Notes under the pieces: model-generated
What the model was told of the DNA's origin: nothing
What the model saw: the letters and a program-made list of their open reading frames with translations, nothing else
Database searches by the model: none
Position numbers and translations under genes: made by a program
NCBI GenBank assembly: GCA_040376705.1
Contig: JBEIQE010000001.1
Span: 58,193-122,192 of the forward strand
Source: Micavibrio sp.
Lineage (GTDB): Bacteria; Pseudomonadota; Alphaproteobacteria; UBA2400
Reading direction: 5' to 3'
DNA: 64,000 bases
Shown: positions 26,133 through 35,751 of the stretch, piece after piece
Layout: every line of letters starts with the position of its first letter
Position numbering within the stretch: the first letter of the stretch is position 1

Positions 26133-27422
26133 TTAGCCCATTAAATCAGTGTGTTGGTTTGATATGCCGGGCCAGGGCGCGGCTCCCGGCAAACGGCTTT
26201 TTATAGCGCTTACCGCACGCTGCCACCATTTGGGATCGGGGCTGTTTTCAAGCTGCGTGGCGGCGAAGGTCACTTCCATGAAGTAGTCGGGGATATGGCT
26301 TGAGTGAATAACCGCGATTGACGGAATATCCTTAGGCGCAGCGGCGCGGGCCATGGCGATGGTCGGTGCGTCGCCTTCTGGCAGGGTGCAGCCTACCATC
26401 TTGAATGCATCGCCTTGCCTGACCATCTCGAAGGTAGCCATAAGGGCGGGCTCAGCCTGCTCATCTGCCTTGAACAGATAGACATGCCGCATGCCATCGC
26501 TCAGTTTGGCAGGGCGGTTGAACATATGGGTCACACTGAGCGGCAATAGCTCTTCAAGTGTGGCCTGCTTCTGCCGCGCAATATCGCGAATGCGGTCAGC
26601 CCGCACATCAAAATTTTCCTGCGCCTTGGCGATAATGTTATTGGTAACCTCTTCGCTCATCACCGTGGGAGGGGCGGTCTCATCTACCGGGTTATCGGGG
26701 TTATCATAGGTCAGTAGCAGGGGCGGCTGGGCGATGCCAATAGCTACCGCCGTGCGGCGTTGATCGACTGAATTGATAATCACTTCATCGCGCGTATAGG
26801 TAATCGCGAGTTGGGCGGCCTGAGCATATTCATCCGGATACAGAACATGGCCTTTAGTAGTTTCAGCGCCAGTATAGCCTGCGCAAATCCATGCAACGCT
26901 TTCGAGCAGGCTCAGGTAGGTGAGCTTGCTGCCCAGCTGGTCGCGGTAGGTATTACGCAGATCAGTATTCTTAGGGTCAGCTTTATAAAGTTTTGCGATT
27001 AACTCGGTATGGCCTTCAACATAGCCGCTCATGGCCTTAGCTTGCTCAGCCATTCTCTCAAAATTATCATCTCCGTCTTCAAGTAGCGAGTTAAGGTCGA
27101 AACGACCGCCACTCAGGCTGATGATGGCTGTGCCGTTAGTGCTTACAAACTCCGGCTTCTCGGCTTTGAACTTGGCAAGGCGCTCGTCGTACAGCGGGCG
27201 CAGCGCATCGTTGAGCAGAATGGTGGTGCAGTCTTTCACCAGATTACGGGTACGTTCGGCAGCACGCTGAATTTCAGCACCAAGGCGGATCATTTTGTCC
27301 GGGTGGTTTTCGGCCAAACGCTGGCGTGCAGTTGCGTGGATCTCGTCCTTACTGGCGTCGGGTGTAAGCCCAAGGAACGCATAGCGGTCGAAAATATAGT
27401 CAACGCCTTCAACTGGATCCAT
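26133..27422 (-). CDS. J-domain (DnaJ N-terminal domain) protein with roughly 350-aa unknown C-terminal region
   Basis: The N-terminus YAFLGLTPDASKDEIHATARQRLAENHPDK has the HPD tripeptide of J-domains. There is no zinc-finger or DnaJ C-terminal domain. Length is 429 aa. Confidence 0.65.
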   Translation of the reverse strand: MDPVEGVDYIFDRYAFLGLTPDASKDEIHATARQRLAENHPDKMIRLGAEIQRAAERTRNLVKDCTTILLNDALRPLYDERLAKFKAEKPEFVSTNGTAIISLSGGRFDLNSLLEDGDDNFERMAEQAKAMSGYVEGHTELIAKLYKADPKNTDLRNTYRDQLGSKLTYLSLLESVAWICAGYTGAETTKGHVLYPDEYAQAAQLAITYTRDEVIINSVDQRRTAVAIGIAQPPLLLTYDNPDNPVDETAPPTVMSEEVTNNIIAKAQENFDVRADRIRDIARQKQATLEELLPLSVTHMFNRPAKLSDGMRHVYLFKADEQAEPALMATFEMVRQGDAFKMVGCTLPEGDAPTIAMARAAAPKDIPSIAVIHSSHIPDYFMEVTFAATQLENSPDPKWWQRAVSAIKSRLPGAAPWPGISNQHTDLMG

Positions 27423-27546
27423 GGCATCCCCCCTGTAAAGGCAAGCAGGCTAGCACTAGCGCTGGCGCTTTTGCACTGGTTTTCCGGCAATTTCAGCTGC
27501 TTGTTTAATGGGTAATTCCCCGCTAGGCTCGGGTTAATAAATAAGT

Positions 27547-28581
27547 ATGGGCAGGGTATATATGGGGCAATCACGGGACAGGCGTAATCCGCATGGCTGG
27601 CTTGGCGCGCTTGCGGGTTTTAACGGCCAGCAACAGCGCTGGGCTGCGGCAGCATTGGCGCATCTCGAGACACAATATAATAACGACCCACACAATATAC
27701 TTAAACTGGCCGAGGCGGCGCCTGCTGGCCTGACCGGCGAGATCCAACTGCGCCAGCTGGGGCGGGATTATGCAGCTTTCTGGTTGCTGCAGCGGTTTGA
27801 TTACAAGCAGGACCCAACGCCCGAACAGCAACAGGCCTTGTGGGAGCGCACATTAAGCATCCCCACCTTCCGCACGTTCGATTTGGTGCATGCGGCCATG
27901 GGGTGGGATATAACCACTCTGCGCGTTGGTGTGTCTCGGGATACTGCCGCCATGCGTTTTGCGGCCAGCCCGTTTGCTGATGAGCTGGAAGAGCTGTTGG
28001 CCTATGTGCCGGTGGCCGATAAAAAGGCTTATCTAGCCCTGCGCAACAGGCAGGGGTTTACTGCTGTGCATACGAGCGCGCATGCCAGCACACTGGCCGT
28101 GCTGGCGGCGCAGGGCGCCAGCCTTGAGGCCACTACGCGCATAGAGGTTGCAGGCTGCAAGATGGATGTGACTATAGCCCACCTCGCGGTACTCAATGGT
28201 CGCGTGGGCCAGACGCTTGAGCTGGTGCGCCTGCAGCCAGAGTTGTTCAAGCCAGACAAGCTGCTTGATTACACGCCGATGGAAGCCGGGCAGATGCAGC
28301 TTGAAGACATGCTCGAGGGCTATGGCCGCAAGCAGTTCAGCCAGCTTATCATCAGCGCGTTTACGGCCATTGCCAGCAAGGGCGAGCTGAATGCTGTTAG
28401 CCAGGTACCTGCCGAACAGCAGGATGCACTGGCCCAGCATTACGCCAATATTGCGCGCTGTGTGAATATCCCTGCGCATGTGCAGGGCAAGCCGCTGCCT
28501 TACCCCGAGCATGCGGATGTGCTGGGCCAGCTTGTTAAAACAGCACCGGTCAAGCCGCCAGAGAAAATGGGGCTGAATTGA
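27547..28581 (+). CDS. Ankyrin-repeat protein, paralog 1 (shared novel N-terminal domain plus ANK repeats)
   Basis: ANK-like repeats are GFTAVHTSAHASTLAVLAAQGASLE and TIAHLAVLNGR. The N-terminal domain NPHGWLGALAGFNGQ...DYAAFWLLQRF is shared with the next two ORFs. Confidence 0.65.
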   Translation: MGRVYMGQSRDRRNPHGWLGALAGFNGQQQRWAAAALAHLETQYNNDPHNILKLAEAAPAGLTGEIQLRQLGRDYAAFWLLQRFDYKQDPTPEQQQALWERTLSIPTFRTFDLVHAAMGWDITTLRVGVSRDTAAMRFAASPFADELEELLAYVPVADKKAYLALRNRQGFTAVHTSAHASTLAVLAAQGASLEATTRIEVAGCKMDVTIAHLAVLNGRVGQTLELVRLQPELFKPDKLLDYTPMEAGQMQLEDMLEGYGRKQFSQLIISAFTAIASKGELNAVSQVPAEQQDALAQHYANIARCVNIPAHVQGKPLPYPEHADVLGQLVKTAPVKPPEKMGLN

Positions 28582-29519
28582 GCATGAACCAGCGCAAACC
28601 CACCGGCAGCTTTAACAACCCCTATGGCCGCCTTGGCGAAATGGCAGGCTTTAAGGGTAAGCCAGCTGCATGGCAGGCTGCAGCCGAAGCGCGGCTGATG
28701 GAGCGCTATTATAGCGACCCGGATGGTATCATTTATGAAACCAAACGGGCAGCACTCGCCGCCAGTAAGAGCGTAGAAGGCGCGCAGGAAGCGCTGGATG
28801 AGCTGCGGCAGGATTATGCCGCCTATTGGCTAATTAAACGCCTGAAGGGCGAGCCGCTGCCGGATAAAGATGAGCAGGCGCACCACTGGAAATCGGCCTT
28901 CATCGCTGCGCCAGACCGCCAGCTGGCACTCACGCTTGCTGTTGCCGGATTTGAGACGGTGGATATGCGGGTGGACGATGACCCGATACTCAGCTCTTTT
29001 GTGTTTTCGGCCACCGCCAATGAGCTTGAGGATTTCTTGCAGCTTATGCCGGCTGATAAGCGCGCCGAGCATATCAACATCAAAGGCGATGCTGATATGA
29101 CACCCATGCACATCGCCAGCTTTGCGGCAGGGCCGGGTAGCTTGGCGGTTTTACAGCAGCATGGTGGCGACCTGACGGCGCTTATGACCATCACCATGGG
29201 GACGGGTGAAATTATAAGGGGAAATCCTGCGCATCTGGCGGTACTGAACGGTCGGCCGGATATGACTGCCGAACTGATGGCGCTCGACCGCGGCCTGTTT
29301 ACCCGCTACGTGCCTGAAATAAAGTATACGCCGGATGAAATGGTTGAGGCCTGTGCCAAGGTCACCAACAATATCAATAAGGAAATTCGCAAGGCGGCTA
29401 ATATTGCTGCGTATGCAATCGACCGGCCGGTACCATTCCCCGAAGTAGGCTGGATCCTCAAGCAGCTGACATCGGCCACGGCACCACGTGCGCGGGTTAT
29501 GGGGCATACACTCAATTAG
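28578..29519 (+). CDS. Ankyrin-repeat protein, paralog 2
   Basis: MTPMHIASFAAGPGSLAVLQQHGGDL and NPAHLAVLNGRPD are ANK-like. The N-terminus is NPYGRLGEMAGFKGK...DYAAYWLIKRL. It overlaps paralog 1 by 4 bp. Confidence 0.65.
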   Translation: MSMNQRKPTGSFNNPYGRLGEMAGFKGKPAAWQAAAEARLMERYYSDPDGIIYETKRAALAASKSVEGAQEALDELRQDYAAYWLIKRLKGEPLPDKDEQAHHWKSAFIAAPDRQLALTLAVAGFETVDMRVDDDPILSSFVFSATANELEDFLQLMPADKRAEHINIKGDADMTPMHIASFAAGPGSLAVLQQHGGDLTALMTITMGTGEIIRGNPAHLAVLNGRPDMTAELMALDRGLFTRYVPEIKYTPDEMVEACAKVTNNINKEIRKAANIAAYAIDRPVPFPEVGWILKQLTSATAPRARVMGHTLN

Positions 29520-29581
29520 GGCTTGCACTGCCGCGTGCAGCCGCTAGCCTCATAGCCAAATATAAAAGGGAGTATGGGATT

Positions 29582-30616
29582 ATGGCCAAACGTAAAAGCA
29601 AATCGCTGCTGGGTATCTATGCATCGCTCACCTCGAGCAGCCCTATCGCGCGCGAACAGGCCTTAACCCGCATCAACGGTATGTATGATGGCGATGGCCA
29701 GCGTATTGCCTATGCCTCCGAGTGTGCTTCTAAAAAGATTTTCTTTTACGGTAACAGTGAGCACGGTATGCAGCCCGACCCCAATGTCGTGCGCGCCGAC
29801 TTTGCCGCATGGCTGGTGATCAACAAGGTCAACCCGGGGCCGGACAGCAAACCGCTAAGTGCTGAAGCCGAATGGAAGTTGATGGAGCGTATCAGCAAGA
29901 TCGACGACAAGTTGCTAACGCTCATGGCGCTTGAGGCCGGTATTTCACCAATGCCACCCGCCAGAGCTGAGCTTAAGGAGACCAGCGCGCTGCAGCTGTT
30001 CTGCGAGAGTGCCAAGGCGGCCGAGGTGCATGCGTTTCTGGCGCTGGTGCCCGAGGCTACGCGCACCGAGGTCGTCAATTATATCGATGGCAAAGGCCGC
30101 AACGCCGTGCACTGCGCCACCCATAACCCAAATGTAGGCGTTATAACCGAGCTGAAGGGGGCGGGAGCAGATCTGGACGTGGTCTGGCAGGCCAGACTCG
30201 GCAAGCGCGAGCCTAAGCGCGCGGCGCATATGGCCGTGCTGGCGGGTAATCTGGGCGTAGCGACTGAGCTGGGCGGCTTGGCCCTGCACCAGTTTACCGC
30301 ATCGCCCGCATGCCCTGTGACTCCGTATGAGATGGGGATGCTGCGTATTCAGAATAATTTGTCCGAAGTGCCGCGCCCTGTGCCGATGAATGCTAAAGCC
30401 GAACACGCCAAGAACCCGATGCAGATGCTACCCCCCACCAACCCGCAAGAGGCGGACGAGGCCAAAGAGCGCGCCCTGCGCCTGCAGCGTATTATGGAAG
30501 CTACGGATATTGCGGCTGGCTTTTTGGGTATAAGCGCACCATTTGGTAACACAGGCAAGGTTGAGGCTGCGCAGCGTGCTGTTGGCGCCAAAAGCAACCA
30601 GCATGGTCTTAACTAA
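29582..30616 (+). CDS. Ankyrin-repeat protein, paralog 3
   Basis: GRNAVHCATHNPNVGVITELKGAGADLD and AAHMAVLAGNLG are ANK-like. The N-terminal region is more diverged (DFAAWLVINKV). Confidence 0.6.
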   Translation: MAKRKSKSLLGIYASLTSSSPIAREQALTRINGMYDGDGQRIAYASECASKKIFFYGNSEHGMQPDPNVVRADFAAWLVINKVNPGPDSKPLSAEAEWKLMERISKIDDKLLTLMALEAGISPMPPARAELKETSALQLFCESAKAAEVHAFLALVPEATRTEVVNYIDGKGRNAVHCATHNPNVGVITELKGAGADLDVVWQARLGKREPKRAAHMAVLAGNLGVATELGGLALHQFTASPACPVTPYEMGMLRIQNNLSEVPRPVPMNAKAEHAKNPMQMLPPTNPQEADEAKERALRLQRIMEATDIAAGFLGISAPFGNTGKVEAAQRAVGAKSNQHGLN

Positions 30617-30796
30617 CTTGCCCGTAAGCATAATGCCAAATACGCTTATATTATAGGCATTAGGGCCGGTATTTTTTACATAGCCTTTCGCTGCCCCTTT
30701 GCACTTGCAAAAATTGTTAAGAACACCCACCTTATAAGTTAATGAGCAGGGATTCGCGTTTGTCTTTGCTTCTGATTTTTACAGAAGGGTTTTCCC

Positions 30797-33205
30797 ATGG
30801 TCGATCTTCCCCCCAAAGGTGTTCTCTTTCCGGTCCTGCCGCTGCGTGACATCGTCGTTTTCCCGCACATGATTGTGCCGCTCTTTGTCGGGCGCGAAAA
30901 GTCGGTCAAGGCCCTTGAGGACGTGATGAAGGAGGACAAGCAGATCCTGCTCGTCACCCAGAAGAACGCCGGTCAGGATGACCCGGGCCCGGCCGACCTC
31001 TACTCAATTGGTGTGCTTGGCACTGTGCTGCAGCTCCTCAAGCTGCCGGACGGCACCGTGAAGGTGCTGGTCGAAGGCCAGCAGCGTGCCCGCATTATGC
31101 GCTATTCGGATAACCCCGAGTTCTATCAGGCCTATGCCGAGCTGGTGAAGGACACCGAGCCGGAAGGTCAGGAAACTGATGCCCTCATGCGCGCTGTAAC
31201 TTCGGAGTTCGAGCAGTATGTAAAGCTCAACAAGAAGATTCCGCCAGAAGTCCTGGTCTCACTCGGCCAAATCGACGGTGCAGGCAAGCTGGCCGATACT
31301 GTAGCCTCGCATCTTGCTCTCAAGCTGGCTGAAAAGCAGCAGCTGCTCGAAGCCGCTGACGTGACCGAGCGCCTAGAGAAGATCTACGGCCATATGGAAG
31401 GCGAGATCGGTGTTCTGCAGGTCGAAAAGCGCATCCGTAACCGCGTGAAGCGCCAGATGGAGAAGACCCAGCGTGAGTACTACCTGAATGAGCAGATGAA
31501 GGCCATTCAGAAGGAACTTGGCGACGGTGAAGATGGCCGCGACGAGATGAGCGAGCTTGAAGACCGCATCAAGAAAACCAAGCTGAGCAAAGAAGCGCGC
31601 GACAAGGCCATGGGCGAGCTCAAGAAGCTGCGCAACATGAGCCCGATGAGCGCTGAAGCAACGGTGGTACGCAACTACCTCGACTGGATGCTGAGTATTC
31701 CCTGGAAAAAGCGCAGCAAGCTCAAGCATGACATCAACTATGCCGAAGACGTGCTGAACGAAGACCACTACGGCCTCGAGAAGGTCAAGGAGCGTATCCT
31801 TGAGTATCTCTCGGTGCAGCAGCGTACCGAGAAGGTGCGTGGTCCCATCCTCTGCCTCGTTGGTCCTCCGGGTGTGGGTAAAACCTCGCTGGGCAAGTCC
31901 ATCGCCAAGGCCGTAGGCCGCAGCTTTGTGCGTATGTCGTTGGGCGGCGTGCGTGATGAAGCCGAAGTACGCGGCCACCGCCGTACCTACATCGGCTCCA
32001 TGCCCGGCAAGGTCATTCAAGGGATGAAGAAGGCCAAGCAGAGCAATCCGCTGTTCCTTCTCGATGAAATTGACAAGCTGGGTCAGGACTATCGTGGCGA
32101 TCCGTCATCGGCGCTTCTTGAGGTGCTGGATCCGGAGCAGAACGCTACATTCAATGACCACTATCTCGAGGTTGATTACGACCTTTCGGATACGCTGTTC
32201 ATCTGCACGGCCAACTCGCTCAACATGCCGCAGCCGCTGCTTGACCGTATGGAAATCATCCGCCTCTCGGGTTACACCGAAGATGAGAAGGTTGAAATCG
32301 CCAAGCGCCATCTGGTTGCCAAGCAGGTAAAGGACAACGGCCTCAAGCCGGAAGAATTCGAGCTGGCGGACGATGCTTTGCGGGCTGTTATCCGTACGTA
32401 TACCCGCGAAGCTGGTGTGCGTAGCCTCGAGCGTGAAATCGCCAAACTGTGCCGCAAGGCCGTGAAACTGATTGTCAGCAAGAAAGAGGAAAAGGTGGTG
32501 GTAACTACCGACAAGCTCGAGAAGCTGCTGGGCGTTGCCAAGTACCGTTATGGTGAGATTGAGGATACCGATATGGTGGGTGTTACCACCGGCCTCGCCT
32601 GGACCGAGGTTGGCGGCGATATCCTGCAGATCGAAGCTGTTGCCCTGCCGGGCAAGGGCAAGGTCTCGGCTACCGGTAAGCTTGGCGATGTCATGAAGGA
32701 ATCGGTACAAGCTGCCGAGAGCTTCGTGAAGTCGCGCGCTACCATCTATGGTATCAAGCCCACTTACTTCGGTCGCCGCGATATCCATGTGCATGTGCCG
32801 GAAGGTGCGACGCCCAAGGATGGCCCAAGTGCGGGTGTAGCAATGGTGGTCTCGATTGTTTCCGTCATGACTGGTATTCCGGTACGCAAGGATGTCGCCA
32901 TGACCGGCGAGATCTCGCTGCGTGGCCGCGTATTGCCTATCGGCGGCCTGAAGGAGAAGCTGCTGGCAGCCCTGCGTGCAGGCATCAAGACAGTGCTGAT
33001 CCCGAAGGAAAACGAGAAGGATCTGGCCGAGATTCCGGCCAACGTGAAGGAAGGCCTCGAGATTGTGCCTGTGACTATGGCGGATGAAGCTTTGGCCCGT
33101 GCGCTCTCCCGTCCGCTGGTACCGATCGAGTGGAGCGAGAAGGATGAAATCGCCGAGAATGCCCGCCTGAAAGGCGATGGCGGCGATGAAGCCCGCGCTC
33201 ACTAA
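30797..33205 (+). CDS. lon: ATP-dependent Lon protease
   Basis: An N-terminal LON domain is followed by an AAA+ Walker A (GPPGVGKTS) and a C-terminal protease domain with catalytic Ser in PKDGPSAG. Length is 802 aa. Confidence 0.95.
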   Translation: MVDLPPKGVLFPVLPLRDIVVFPHMIVPLFVGREKSVKALEDVMKEDKQILLVTQKNAGQDDPGPADLYSIGVLGTVLQLLKLPDGTVKVLVEGQQRARIMRYSDNPEFYQAYAELVKDTEPEGQETDALMRAVTSEFEQYVKLNKKIPPEVLVSLGQIDGAGKLADTVASHLALKLAEKQQLLEAADVTERLEKIYGHMEGEIGVLQVEKRIRNRVKRQMEKTQREYYLNEQMKAIQKELGDGEDGRDEMSELEDRIKKTKLSKEARDKAMGELKKLRNMSPMSAEATVVRNYLDWMLSIPWKKRSKLKHDINYAEDVLNEDHYGLEKVKERILEYLSVQQRTEKVRGPILCLVGPPGVGKTSLGKSIAKAVGRSFVRMSLGGVRDEAEVRGHRRTYIGSMPGKVIQGMKKAKQSNPLFLLDEIDKLGQDYRGDPSSALLEVLDPEQNATFNDHYLEVDYDLSDTLFICTANSLNMPQPLLDRMEIIRLSGYTEDEKVEIAKRHLVAKQVKDNGLKPEEFELADDALRAVIRTYTREAGVRSLEREIAKLCRKAVKLIVSKKEEKVVVTTDKLEKLLGVAKYRYGEIEDTDMVGVTTGLAWTEVGGDILQIEAVALPGKGKVSATGKLGDVMKESVQAAESFVKSRATIYGIKPTYFGRRDIHVHVPEGATPKDGPSAGVAMVVSIVSVMTGIPVRKDVAMTGEISLRGRVLPIGGLKEKLLAALRAGIKTVLIPKENEKDLAEIPANVKEGLEIVPVTMADEALARALSRPLVPIEWSEKDEIAENARLKGDGGDEARAH

Positions 33206-33226
33206 GCGCTAAAACAAACAGAGAAA

Positions 33227-33256
33227 AGGCCGGGGCTCAAATCCCGGCCTTTTAAT
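33227..33256 (+). terminator. Rho-independent terminator after lon
   Basis: aaaaggccggggctcaaatcccggcctttt forms a GC stem followed by a T-run. Confidence 0.6.
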
Positions 33257-33269
33257 TCATAAGGATTTT

Positions 33270-33974
33270 ATGATGGCCCGTTTAAAGACGCATAGTGAGA
33301 GTCATCTGGTCGCCCGCGTTGGCTGGCTGCGTGCTGCAGTTCTGGGGGCAAATGACGGGCTGATTTCTACTGCCAGTCTTATCGTTGGTGTGGCCGCTGC
33401 AGCAGCCACCAAGGGCGATATCATGATTGCCGGTACGGCTGGGTTAGTTGCTGGAGCTATGTCGATGGCAGCAGGTGAGTATATATCTGTTAGTTCGCAG
33501 CATGACACAGAGCAGGCCGATCTTAATCGTGAGCGAAAAGAGCTGGCAGAAAGCCCTAAGGCTGAACTCTATGAGTTGATGCAAATATATCAAAAACGGG
33601 GTATTACACCTGAATTAGCACAGCAAGTAGCGGCACAGCTCATGCAAAAAGACGCGCTGGCTGCCCATGCACGCGATGAACTGGGTATCAGCGAGCATTC
33701 TATCGCTCGGCCGGTTCAGGCGGCTGTTACATCAGCTTTCACTTTCTCTGTTGGTGCAATCCTGCCTCTAGTGGTGGTTATGCTGTCACCGCCCGCTATA
33801 CTTGTTACAACTGTTGCTGCATCATCGCTGGTATTTCTGGCCATTCTCGGTGCTCTAGGTGCCAAAGCAGGTGGAGCAGGTATGTTGCGCGCAACTTTGC
33901 GTGTAACTTTTTGGGGCACTTTGGCGCTGATGGTAACAGCTATAATCGGTAAAGTTTTTGGAACTGTTGTTTAA
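33270..33974 (+). CDS. VIT1/CCC1 family iron/manganese transporter
   Basis: The VIT-family signatures LRAAVLGANDGLISTASLIVGVA and AMSMAAGEYISVSSQ are present, with a C-terminal TM bundle. Confidence 0.8.
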   Translation: MMARLKTHSESHLVARVGWLRAAVLGANDGLISTASLIVGVAAAAATKGDIMIAGTAGLVAGAMSMAAGEYISVSSQHDTEQADLNRERKELAESPKAELYELMQIYQKRGITPELAQQVAAQLMQKDALAAHARDELGISEHSIARPVQAAVTSAFTFSVGAILPLVVVMLSPPAILVTTVAASSLVFLAILGALGAKAGGAGMLRATLRVTFWGTLALMVTAIIGKVFGTVV

Positions 33975-34048
33975 GCAAAAGCGCAACTAAAAACGGAAAA
34001 CTGATTTAGATATCAGCCTAAAATTGGGATGATAGATCCTCAGCCTTT

Positions 34049-35512
34049 TTAGTTAGGCTTGGTGAACTCATAAATCGCGGTTATGCCCGTGCGATAGCGC
34101 TCATGAATGGTATATCCGGCAGATAGCAGGCCATTTTTGATATCCATATCGTTATACCAGTCATCCGCAAATACGCCCCAAAGCGCGCCGGAGGTATGGG
34201 CGATTTCAGCAATCGCAGCTGGCCTTGCAGTACCACAGCTTGGCGCTGTTATGCGGCTATGCACCTGTGCAGTCCATTGAGTTTTAAGGCCGACGATATC
34301 AACCAGTTTAAAGCGGGTGCTAGCATGCGCAATGTAACCGGCATCATGCACCAGCAGAGCGTTATTTGCTGGAATATGCTGGTTCGCCCATGTAATAGCG
34401 CTTTTATTGTCATCTCCACGGCGCAGTACATGCGGTGTGATGGCAAAGGTAAGGCTGCAGATAATACCAATCGCGCAAACTAGCAGACTGCTGTGCTGAA
34501 TGTTTTTAGTGGCCTTTGGGCTGGTAGCCATAACAGTCAGGAAGCAGAAAATCCATGCAGGGATCAGTATGGGGCTGTAACGGCCGGTATAGAAATTGAG
34601 CAGTAATGCCGAGGGAAAAATAAGGCCATAGGTAATCAAGAAGGCTGTTGTAAAAACAATTGAGCAGATAAAAAGTTTCTGTCGGCTCGGGAAAAACAGG
34701 AACAGGCAGATAGGCATGCTGATGAGCATCAGTTCAATCAGCCCCTTGAGGCTGATACCTGCTTTTTGTAATAGCGGCAGGCAGCTTTGCGCATAGAACA
34801 TCGACTTGGCGGTCCATGTCTGCGGTAGCCACAGACCAGTTTGTGCATGCACAAACAATACTGGCGGTAGCGCTGCCGCCAGCCCCAACAGGCCCATAAA
34901 TATGGGGGCAGGGAGTTGCATAACCTTATGCTGCCTCAGCTCATATGCCTTAAACAGAAAAGCCGGAATAGCCAGTGCCGCCAGCTCGATGCGCACATGG
35001 ACAGCAAGGCCGCACAAGGCCGCCAGCACAAAGGCGCTGCTGGTACGTTTATCCATAAGTAAAACCAGGAGCCACAGGCTGGTGCCCAGAGCGAGGCCGG
35101 TTTCGAGGCCGTTGAGCAGGTGTAAAGGCATGATGCCGACCAGCAGGAACATCGCCAGCGCATAGGGGGCAGCTTTGCCAAGCTTGAGCTGCTGCGTTAC
35201 CGCAAAGGCAGCTGCAGCATAAACCCAGCAACCAAGTATCGCGGCACAGAGCAGGGCAGGCTCGGTAGGCATGACTCTGGAGAAGATAGCAACCACCAGC
35301 AGGTGGATAGTACTGGTTGATCCGCTGATGGATGGCGTGCCGTAAAGTGGATCGACGGTGGTGCCTTGTAGCAGGAGGAAGGCATTACGGCCTGTTATAT
35401 AAGCATCATCCAGAAAGAAAGCTGGATGAATCAGGCCTGCAAAGGCCAGTGCCATAGCGGCTAATGCGCTTAGAGCGATAGCTGTTTGCATGCTGCACAG
35501 GGATAATTTCAT
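34049..35512 (-). CDS. Multi-pass membrane protein with C-terminal soluble domain, paralog C (same family as 16743-19843)
   Basis: PAFFLDDAYITGRNAFLL and the C-terminal DAGYIAHASTRFKLVDIVGLKT align with paralogs A and B. The ORF track runs to 35635. The likely start is the internal Met (MKLSL/MQTAIAL), near 35512-35491. Confidence 0.55.
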   Translation of the reverse strand: MKLSLCSMQTAIALSALAAMALAFAGLIHPAFFLDDAYITGRNAFLLLQGTTVDPLYGTPSISGSTSTIHLLVVAIFSRVMPTEPALLCAAILGCWVYAAAAFAVTQQLKLGKAAPYALAMFLLVGIMPLHLLNGLETGLALGTSLWLLVLLMDKRTSSAFVLAALCGLAVHVRIELAALAIPAFLFKAYELRQHKVMQLPAPIFMGLLGLAAALPPVLFVHAQTGLWLPQTWTAKSMFYAQSCLPLLQKAGISLKGLIELMLISMPICLFLFFPSRQKLFICSIVFTTAFLITYGLIFPSALLLNFYTGRYSPILIPAWIFCFLTVMATSPKATKNIQHSSLLVCAIGIICSLTFAITPHVLRRGDDNKSAITWANQHIPANNALLVHDAGYIAHASTRFKLVDIVGLKTQWTAQVHSRITAPSCGTARPAAIAEIAHTSGALWGVFADDWYNDMDIKNGLLSAGYTIHERYRTGITAIYEFTKPN

Positions 35513-35751
35513 AGCGCGGTATAGCTCTTGAAGGGAAACGCTAGTTGCTGACCGCACAGCATGATATTTTTGTCGTAGTTGAAATTCGCTTGGGCCATAG
35601 TCTTGCTTTGGTAGCAGCTTTTTGCCCCGGGCCATGCGGCCCAGCTGATGAATGTTTTGAACGGGCCGTTTGGTCTCATGCCTGCAAGTTAGCGGGTGTA
35701 AGGTAATTTGACAGCCCTTTTTTATTGGCGGTTTTGGGTTATGTTCTGGCT

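Noticed and set aside
31373-33202. Minus-strand ORFs (215 and 365 aa) inside lon
   Set aside because: They are antisense to the unambiguous Lon protease.
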